From: an uncultured Acidobacteriaceae bacterium
GTDB taxonomy: Bacteria; Acidobacteriota; Terriglobia; Terriglobales; Acidobacteriaceae
Assembly (NCBI GenBank): GCA_964252405.1
Contig: CAXUNH010000001.1
Coordinates: 566 to 64,565, forward strand
Length of the DNA stretch: 64,000 nt
Direction: 5' to 3'
How positions within the stretch are numbered: the stretch's first letter is position 1; every line of letters begins with the position of its first letter. The notes below the pieces were generated by a model that had not been told where the DNA came from, did not search any database, and saw only the letters and a list, made by a program, of their open reading frames with translations. The translations under genes and the position numbers were made by a program. Shown here piece after piece: positions 57,385 through 64,000 of the stretch.

Positions 57385-57871
57385 GGATTCGACAGAGACA
57401 AAGAAAAAAGCCGAGGCCCGCCGCTGCACCGAAGCCATGCGCGACCTGTTTCAAGGCTTCCGTGCGCGCTTCGAGGAGGAGCTGCGCGGCACCGGCGTCA
57501 CCTTGCCCCAGCTTCGGATGCTGAAGATGGTGGAGGGGCAGCAGGGTACAAGTGCGGCGCCCATTGCCCGGGCATGCCACGTGACACCGCAAACGCTGCA
57601 CACCATGCTGGCCCGCGCCGGACGGGAGGGCTGGATCGTACGCGGCAGCACCGACCGCAACCACCGTTTCGTCACCGCGTCCCTGACGCCGAGCGGACGA
57701 GCGATTCTCCAGATCGGCATGGAACTGCGGGACCGGCTGGAGGCTCAGGCCTGGGGAGATGCATCGTTGAACGATCTGGTGGCAGTCCGTAAGGCGCTCG
57801 AATCCGGCCTGACGAACCTGGGGCAGGAGCGCGGCGAGCCGGTCGTGATCCCCCTGCATCCAAGGCGGTAA
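57383..57871 (+). CDS. MarR family transcriptional regulator
   Basis: GVTLPQL..L, IARACHVTPQT wHTH, GWI.R, LT..G; divergent from the efflux gene. Confidence 0.88.
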   Translation: MDSTETKKKAEARRCTEAMRDLFQGFRARFEEELRGTGVTLPQLRMLKMVEGQQGTSAAPIARACHVTPQTLHTMLARAGREGWIVRGSTDRNHRFVTASLTPSGRAILQIGMELRDRLEAQAWGDASLNDLVAVRKALESGLTNLGQERGEPVVIPLHPRR

Positions 57872-58704
57872 TGTCCTTTACTTTCCTCACCGCCCAGTGG
57901 CGGAAGCTCATCATGGCGCAGTATGAGGTTGCGCCGGACCTGTTGCGGCCGCGGCTGCCGCCGGGCCTCGAGCTGGATCTCTACCTGGGCCGCTGCTTTG
58001 TTTCGCTGGTCGGTTTTCTGTTTGACCACGTTCGCCTCCTGGGCCTGCCGATTCCGTTCCATACCCAGTTTGAAGAGGTCAATCTGCGTTTTTACGTCCG
58101 GCGACCCATGCCGGATGGCAGCTACCGGCGGGGAGTGGTGTTCCTCAGCGAGATTGTGCCCAAAGCGGCGATCACCGCCGTCGCCCGCTCCCTGTACGGG
58201 GAGGCCTACTCCACGGCACGGACGTCGCACGCATGGGGTTTGATCGGCTCCGACCCACAGCGGACGGCCCCCAAAGGGGGGCGGCGACACGCGCGGGCCC
58301 ACTTCAAAGCATTGGCCGAGCAGGCGCCCACCGCGCCGCGGGACGCTTCAGTGTGGCACGCCTCAGGCTGCCAGGTGGTGTACGAGTGGAGGCACAAGGG
58401 CCTCTGGCAGAGGGTGGGAGTCCGCGCGGGGAATGAGCTGCAAGCCATCCCCTCCGGCTCGTTGGAAGAGTTCATCACCGAGCACTACTGGGGCTACGCC
58501 CCGCGGCGTGGGGGTGGCACGACGGAGTACGCGGTGGAGCATCGTCGTTGGCAGGTCTATCCGGTACGGGAGTACCGCATCGCCTGCGACTTTGGCTCGC
58601 TCTATGGGCCGGAGTTTGCGGACCTGGCGGCCCGGGAGCCGGATCATGTGCTGCTGGCCGAAGGCGCGCCGGTAAGCATCCGATGGGGTGGACGTATTGT
58701 GTAA
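57871..58704 (+). CDS. DUF2071 (YqjF) family protein
   Basis: FLTAQWR.L, FEEVNLRFYV, RGVVF, FITEHYWGY, EY.VEH..W. Confidence 0.88.
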   Translation: MSFTFLTAQWRKLIMAQYEVAPDLLRPRLPPGLELDLYLGRCFVSLVGFLFDHVRLLGLPIPFHTQFEEVNLRFYVRRPMPDGSYRRGVVFLSEIVPKAAITAVARSLYGEAYSTARTSHAWGLIGSDPQRTAPKGGRRHARAHFKALAEQAPTAPRDASVWHASGCQVVYEWRHKGLWQRVGVRAGNELQAIPSGSLEEFITEHYWGYAPRRGGGTTEYAVEHRRWQVYPVREYRIACDFGSLYGPEFADLAAREPDHVLLAEGAPVSIRWGGRIV

Positions 58705-58777
58705 CCGTGGGCGCGAAGCGGGGCTTGATTGAGAGCTGGACCGCGACCTGACGGGAAGTTGAGCGTCTAACACTCAG

Positions 58778-59527
58778 GTGTCATCGCTCGACGGCGCGAG
58801 AGGCAACGGCGGAGCAGGCACCCAGGATAGGATTGGAACCATGAGAACCATCGACGTAGCGCGAGGTGGAGTTCGCGTTCTGGACACTCGCTCCACGGCC
58901 AGCCTGCTGAGCAAGGTGCTGTGGATCACCACGGCGGCCTTTCTGTTCACGGCCTTCGGGGCCTATATCGCCCCGCCGTACCTCGGCATGGGCGTCATGC
59001 TGCTCTTTCTCTTGAACCTTGGCCTGATTTTCGCAATCAATGCAGCGAGCCGCCGCTCTCCCGGTCTGGCGCTGATCATGTTTTATGGGTTCGCCACCCT
59101 GATGGGCGTTGAGATTGGGCCGATGCTGCAGGCGTATATGCACATGGCAGGCGGGCAGACGGTCGTCTTTCAGGCCGCCCTGACGACCGCCGTGGGTATG
59201 GCGGTCATGGGCATGGTCGCGCAGATTGCCCGGTTCAACTACCAGCGTGTGGCGAACTACGCGATCGCAGCCCTGCTCGGTTTGATTGTTCTGGGCGTGC
59301 TCTCCATGTTTGTCCACTTCATCAGCCCCGGCCTCTACGCCTGGGCAACGCTGGCGATCTTCTCCGTCCTGCTGCTGGTGGACTTCATGCGGCTGCGGGA
59401 CGGCGGGATGGGCCTCACGCCGGTGCAGCTCGCCTTAAGCATCTACATGGACGCGCTGAACATCTTCATTGCGCTGGTGCAGATCTTCGGCAACGGCGGC
59501 GGGCGGCGCGACAGTCGCTGGTCGTAA
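58778..59527 (+). CDS. Bax inhibitor-1/YccA family membrane protein; alternative start 58841
   Basis: 7 TM; A...T, DF..L, ALSIYMD.LNIF..L. Confidence 0.88.
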   Translation: MSSLDGARGNGGAGTQDRIGTMRTIDVARGGVRVLDTRSTASLLSKVLWITTAAFLFTAFGAYIAPPYLGMGVMLLFLLNLGLIFAINAASRRSPGLALIMFYGFATLMGVEIGPMLQAYMHMAGGQTVVFQAALTTAVGMAVMGMVAQIARFNYQRVANYAIAALLGLIVLGVLSMFVHFISPGLYAWATLAIFSVLLLVDFMRLRDGGMGLTPVQLALSIYMDALNIFIALVQIFGNGGGRRDSRWS

Positions 59528-59550
59528 CGCCTTTCGCAGCAGAATCTCAG

Positions 59551-59583
59551 AACGAGGGCTCGCTTCGGCGGGCCCTTTCGTTT
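59551..59583 (+). terminator. Intrinsic terminator
   Basis: AGGGCTCGC-TTCG-GCGGGCCCT followed by TTCGTTT. Confidence 0.8.
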
Positions 59584-59606
59584 GTCCGGAAGGCTACACT
59601 GAAGCG

Positions 59607-60641
59607 ATGGTTCGTGACGCGCGCATGGATGACACTGAGCTCCGCGATTGGCTGAAGGGCCTGCCCAAGGCCGAGCTTCACCTGCACCTGGAAGGATCGA
59701 TCACACCGGAGACGCTCGTCCAGCTCTCAACCACGAACGATGCTGTGCCGCTAACGCCGGAGCAGGCCAAAGGCGTGTATCGCTACCATGATTTCCCCAG
59801 CTTTCTGATGAGCTTCAAGGCGGTGACCGAGCGCCTGCATACCCCCGCCGATTACGAGACGATCACCTACAACATGGTGCGCGACCTGGCGGCACAGGGC
59901 ATTCGGCATGCGGAGGTCTACCTGTCCATCGGGATCCTGTACCGCTTTGGCAGGCTGGATGTCGACGCGGTGATGCACGCAGCCGAACGCGGCCGGGAGC
60001 GCGGCGAGGCGGACTTCGGCACCTCCGTGCTGTGGATCATCGATGCCGTGCGGCACTTTGGCGTGCCGGAAGCGCAACGGGTGTTCCGCAAGGCCGCAAA
60101 CCTGCGTGGGCAGTATCCGGCCGTTATCGGCATCGGGATCGGGGGGGACGAGTCCGGCGGTCCGGCACACGCGTTTCGCGAGGTCTACACGGAAGCCAGG
60201 CTGGCCGGTCTGCACCTGACCTGCCACGCGGGCGAGTCGACCGGGCCGCAAAGCATCTGGGGGGCGCTGAATATCGGCGCCGAACGCATCGGCCACGCCC
60301 TGACCGCGCAGGAAGACCCAGATTTGATAGAAATTCTCGCGCAGCGGCAGATCCCGCTGGAGTTGAACGTGACCAGCAATCTTCGCACAGGCTGCTGCCC
60401 TGCCCTGATGGAACACCCCGTAAAGCGCTACTTCGAAGAAGGGCTGATGGTGACGCTGAACTCCGATGACCCGCCGTTTTTTGGGGCCAATCTGCTGGAT
60501 GAGTATGAGCTGGCTCATCGCACCTTCGAGTTTCCGCTGGAGCAGTTGCGCGAACTCGCGGCGAACTCGTTTGAAGCCAGCTTTCTGCCGCCGGAGCGCA
60601 AACTCAGGCTGCTGGGCGAGGTGGAGCAGTACGGGTGGTGA
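59607..60641 (+). CDS. add: Adenosine/adenine deaminase
   Basis: PKAELHLHLEG, GGDE, HAGE, ERIGH, SN, NSDDP. Confidence 0.93.
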   Translation: MVRDARMDDTELRDWLKGLPKAELHLHLEGSITPETLVQLSTTNDAVPLTPEQAKGVYRYHDFPSFLMSFKAVTERLHTPADYETITYNMVRDLAAQGIRHAEVYLSIGILYRFGRLDVDAVMHAAERGRERGEADFGTSVLWIIDAVRHFGVPEAQRVFRKAANLRGQYPAVIGIGIGGDESGGPAHAFREVYTEARLAGLHLTCHAGESTGPQSIWGALNIGAERIGHALTAQEDPDLIEILAQRQIPLELNVTSNLRTGCCPALMEHPVKRYFEEGLMVTLNSDDPPFFGANLLDEYELAHRTFEFPLEQLRELAANSFEASFLPPERKLRLLGEVEQYGW

Positions 60642-60678
60642 AGAAGTCACGCGTGAGTTTGAGTGAGTTTAGGCAGTG

Positions 60679-60725
60679 TTAGGAAAGTTAGCTGTATTGC
60701 ATAACTTTCCTAAACTCCATACAAT
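60679..60725 (+). promoter_or_regulatory. Sigma70-type promoter TTGCAT-N17-TACAAT overlapped by a 12-bp perfect inverted repeat
   Basis: TTAGGAAAGTTA (60679-60690) / TAACTTTCCTAA (60702-60713); -35 at 60697-60702, -10 at 60720-60725. Confidence 0.75.
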
Positions 60726-60731
60726 TGCCCC

Positions 60732-61931
60732 ATGAACCCCGTCTGCAATCCGTTCGCGCCGGGGGCCGGCACCCCGCCGCCGGAGCTGGCGGGCCGGGAT
60801 AAGCTGCGGGAGGATGTGCGCGTCGCGATTGCCCGCATACGCTCGGGCCGGGCCGCCAAGAGCGTCATCCTGGTGGGTTTGCGCGGGGTTGGCAAGACGG
60901 TGTTGCTCGACCGCCTGCGGGCGGACGCTGAAGCGGCGGGCGTGTTCACGGTGCGCGCGGAGACACCGGAGCGCAGATCCCTGCCCGCTCTCCTTGCGCC
61001 GCAGCTACGGCAAGTGCTCCACCGCCTGAGCCATGTAGCGAAGGCCAAAGATCTTGCACAGCATGGCTTGCGGGCGCTTGCCGGTCTGGCGAAGGCGCTC
61101 AAGGTGAAGTACCACGACATCGAGGTCGGCATCGATCTTGAGCCGCTGGCCGGGCTTGCCGACAACGGCGATCTTGAGGGCGATCTGACCGCCGTATTGG
61201 AGCAGGTCGGCCGTGCCGCAAAGGGTGCGGACACCGCCGTGGTCCTCTTTCTGGATGAGGTGCAGTACCTCGAGGAGGATCAGTTCAGCGCGTTGATCTC
61301 GGCCCTGCATCGCTGTGCACAGCAGCAGCTTCCGGTCACGGTGGTGGGCGCCGGACTGCCGCAGTTGCTGGCGCTTGCCGGCAACGCGAAGTCCTATGCC
61401 GAGCGGCTGTTTGACTTCCCGCTGATCGGCCCTCTCGCCTCCCCGGACGCGCGTACGGCCCTGCTGAAGCCGGTACGGGCGGAAGGCGTCGATTTTGCGC
61501 CAGCGGCGCTTGAGCAGATCCTGAGGCTGACCCGCAACTACCCGTATTTTCTGCAGGAATGGGGCAAGCACTCCTGGGACGTCGCCGACAGGAGCCCCAT
61601 TACAGCAGCCCACGTGAAAGAGGCCACGGCAAGCGCGGTCGCCGCCCTGGACGAGAGTTTCTTCCGCATGCGCTTCGACCGGACCACGCCGAAGGAGAAG
61701 CAGTACCTTCGCGCCATGGCCGAAATCGGCGCCGGGCCGCACCGGTCCGGGGACATCGCGGCGGCCCTGCGCAAACCCGTGAGCACCGTGGCTCCCCTGC
61801 GGCAATCGCTGATCCTCAAAGGGATGATCTGGAGCCCTTCGCACGGCGAAACAGCCTTCACCGTGCCGCTCTTTGACGAATACATGAAACGCATCATGCC
61901 GGGCGAGAACTGGAAGACCGAAGAGCTATGA
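60732..61931 (+). CDS. AAA+ family ATPase (Orc/Cdc6-like architecture) with C-terminal winged helix
   Basis: NPFAPGAG.PP..LAGR, Walker A GLRGVGKT, Walker B LFLDEVQ, YPYFLQ, C-terminal DIAAAL...R..LI.KG.I. Confidence 0.88.
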   Translation: MNPVCNPFAPGAGTPPPELAGRDKLREDVRVAIARIRSGRAAKSVILVGLRGVGKTVLLDRLRADAEAAGVFTVRAETPERRSLPALLAPQLRQVLHRLSHVAKAKDLAQHGLRALAGLAKALKVKYHDIEVGIDLEPLAGLADNGDLEGDLTAVLEQVGRAAKGADTAVVLFLDEVQYLEEDQFSALISALHRCAQQQLPVTVVGAGLPQLLALAGNAKSYAERLFDFPLIGPLASPDARTALLKPVRAEGVDFAPAALEQILRLTRNYPYFLQEWGKHSWDVADRSPITAAHVKEATASAVAALDESFFRMRFDRTTPKEKQYLRAMAEIGAGPHRSGDIAAALRKPVSTVAPLRQSLILKGMIWSPSHGETAFTVPLFDEYMKRIMPGENWKTEEL

Positions 61932-64000
61932 ACATTTTGACCAAGTGGCTGCGCAGCTATCTGCCCACGCTGCCCGTAGTCGACGCGCAACTCGCCGAAG
62001 ACCTCACCCTGCGTGGCATCGCCGTCGAAGGCATCTTCCCGGCCGCATGCGGTGGGTCGCGCTTTGAGATGGACATCACGACCAACCGCGTGGACGCGAT
62101 GAACCACTACGGCGTGGCGCGGGAGGCAGCCGCGATCTACGATGTGCCGCTCCTCCCGTTGACCGACGGCCTGGGCGCACCGGTGCCGGAGGCGGCACCT
62201 GGCCCTGCGTTCCCGGTACGCATCGAGGCTCCTGACCTGTGCGGGCGCTTCACGGCGCGCGTGGTCCGGAACGTTACGGTGAAGCCGGCAACCGGGCTGA
62301 TGGCGGAGTACTTCGCGGCGCTGGGCCAGAAGCCGATCTCCGGCCCGGTGGATGCCACGAACTTCGGCTGGCTCGCCATGGGCCAGCCCACCCACGTGTT
62401 TGACCTGGACAAGCTCCAGGGCGGCATCGTGGTGCGACGCGCGCACAACGGGGAGCGCTTGCGTCTGCTGGACGGGACGGAACGTACGCTGACAGAGGAC
62501 GACCTCGTGGTGGCCGATGAGGGAAAGGCGCTCGGCCTGGCCGGGGTGATGGGCGGATGGGATTCCCGCGTCACCGAAGAAACGCGCAACATGCTGGTAG
62601 AAGCCGCCTGGTTCGACCCAGCAGCCATTCGCGCGAGTTCCCGCCGCCACGGCCTGCACACGGATGCGAGCCATCGCTTTGAGCGCGGGGCGGACTTCGA
62701 TGCCGCGCCCCTGGCCAATCAGCTTGTGACGCGGCTTGTGGTGGAGCAGACCGGCGGTGCTGTCGCCGGGCCCTTGGTGGACGTGTCGATTCCGGAGATC
62801 GCTGCGAAGACCGCCAACCGTCCCCGGATCGTGCTGCGCGTGGCGGAGGTGCAACGTCTTCTTGGAACCACAATGGAGGATGCGGTGCTCGACAGCGGCC
62901 AGCGCACGTCGGGACTGAACGAGGAGATTGTGGCGCAGTACCTGAAGGCGCTCGGCTGTGCGTTGCAGCCCACCGGGGGCGATCCCGGCGAGTTCGGCGT
63001 TACGCTGCCGAGCTGGCGGCTGGATCTGGAACGCGAGATCGACCTCATCGAGGAAGTTGCGCGCGTCTACGGCTACAACCGCTTTGCGGACACGCTGCCC
63101 GGATGGTCCGGCGAGGTGCACGACGCGCCGGGCAAGGCCCAGGAAGAAGCGATCCGCCTCACGCTGCGCGGACTGGGCTACACGGAGGCGATCTCGTCCA
63201 CCTTCACCTCGGCTGCGGAAGCGGCAATCTTTGGCGCTGAAGGCAAGGGCACGGTGGCGATCGGCAATCCGCTGAGCGAAGAGGCGGGCATGCTGCGGCC
63301 GTCGCTGGTGGCAGGGATGGCGGGTATGCTCGGCCGCAACCTTGCGCGCGATGCCAGTGCGGTGCGGCTGTTTGAGCTCGGTACGGTCTTCACCGGGTCC
63401 ACGGCTGAGGTGCAGGAGCAGCCGGGTCTCGCCATGGGCGCCACCGGAGGCGTGAGTGGCGGGCCATTGCATGGCCCGGACGATGCGCTGCTGTTTGAAG
63501 TGAAGGGCGCCATCGAGACCCTTGTGGCGAAGTTCGGGGGCGATCTGCGCTTCGAAGCGGGCTCGGACGGGAAGCCTTTGCCGGCGTGGATCGAGGCTGG
63601 ACGCGGCGGGTACGCCCTGCTCGACGGTGCCGTGATCGGCGTCTTCGGCGAGTTGAATGGCGCCGAAAGCGCGGCCCGCAAACTGCGCCAGAACTGCGTC
63701 TTGGCCGAGCTCGACGCTGCCCGGCTGCTGCGTACGCCGTTGCGGCAGCCCGTGCTGCAGGAGCTTTCGCGCTACCAGGCCGTCGAGCGCGACTTCTCGT
63801 TTATCTTCCCGGACGCCATCCCGTGGGGCGCGATCGAGACCAGGGTTCGTGCGGCTGGCTCCCCGGAATTGCAGCGCGTGCAGCCCCTCGAGATCTTCCG
63901 CGATCCCAAGGGCAGATCCATCCCTTCCGGCAGCTATTCCCTGCTCATGCGGGTGGTCTTCCAGTCCAACGAGCGCACGTTGACCGAGGACGAGTTGACT
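61928..64000 (+). CDS. pheT: Phenylalanine--tRNA ligase beta subunit (3' truncated by window edge)
   Basis: MNILTKWLRSY, DITTNRVDAMNHYGVARE, GQPTHVFD, LAGVMGG, SHRFERG, PSWRLDLEREIDLIEEVARVYGY, NPLSEE, VERDFS; ATGA overlap with the ATPase. Confidence 0.96.
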   Translation, partial: MNILTKWLRSYLPTLPVVDAQLAEDLTLRGIAVEGIFPAACGGSRFEMDITTNRVDAMNHYGVAREAAAIYDVPLLPLTDGLGAPVPEAAPGPAFPVRIEAPDLCGRFTARVVRNVTVKPATGLMAEYFAALGQKPISGPVDATNFGWLAMGQPTHVFDLDKLQGGIVVRRAHNGERLRLLDGTERTLTEDDLVVADEGKALGLAGVMGGWDSRVTEETRNMLVEAAWFDPAAIRASSRRHGLHTDASHRFERGADFDAAPLANQLVTRLVVEQTGGAVAGPLVDVSIPEIAAKTANRPRIVLRVAEVQRLLGTTMEDAVLDSGQRTSGLNEEIVAQYLKALGCALQPTGGDPGEFGVTLPSWRLDLEREIDLIEEVARVYGYNRFADTLPGWSGEVHDAPGKAQEEAIRLTLRGLGYTEAISSTFTSAAEAAIFGAEGKGTVAIGNPLSEEAGMLRPSLVAGMAGMLGRNLARDASAVRLFELGTVFTGSTAEVQEQPGLAMGATGGVSGGPLHGPDDALLFEVKGAIETLVAKFGGDLRFEAGSDGKPLPAWIEAGRGGYALLDGAVIGVFGELNGAESAARKLRQNCVLAELDAARLLRTPLRQPVLQELSRYQAVERDFSFIFPDAIPWGAIETRVRAAGSPELQRVQPLEIFRDPKGRSIPSGSYSLLMRVVFQSNERTLTEDELT

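Noticed and set aside
58235-58370. About 40-aa insert in the DUF2071 protein as possible intragenic mobile repeat
   Set aside because: No terminal repeats, target duplication or second copy in the window
60732-61931. ATPase as part of an anti-phage defence island or mobile element
   Set aside because: No effector, nuclease, integrase or flanking direct repeats; neighbours are housekeeping genes

Overview
GC-rich, gene-dense bacterial chromosomal segment. Gene content and order (hslVU, tal, glgA, site-2 protease-trpS-scpA...scpB, uvrD/pcrA, add, short pheT, ASPIC/UnbV protein, PEP-CTERM protein, sugar-binding SpoIIE phosphatase) suggest an Acidobacteriaceae-like organism; this is an inference. 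There are about 55 CDS, mostly housekeeping genes, transporters, peptidases and glycosyltransferases. No rRNA, tRNA, CRISPR array, prophage or transposase was recognised. Most notable observations: (1) a stand-alone hypothetical protein resembling the archaeo-eukaryotic primase large-subunit C-terminal (PriL-CTD/PriX-like) domain without Fe-S cysteines; (2) an AAA+/wHTH ATPase coupled to pheT, with a perfect palindromic operator over a near-consensus leaderless promoter; (3) an unlisted 51-aa Lys/Arg-rich ORF with its own RBS and terminator; (4) a pentaheme cytochrome-TPR plus ASPIC/UnbV operon; (5) a probable pseudo-protease S2P beside an Fe-S-motif TrpRS with an extra C-terminal domain; (6) a composite REP-like/heptamer repeat; (7) pervasive leaderless promoter architecture. 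All calls come from reading motifs by eye; no searches were run.
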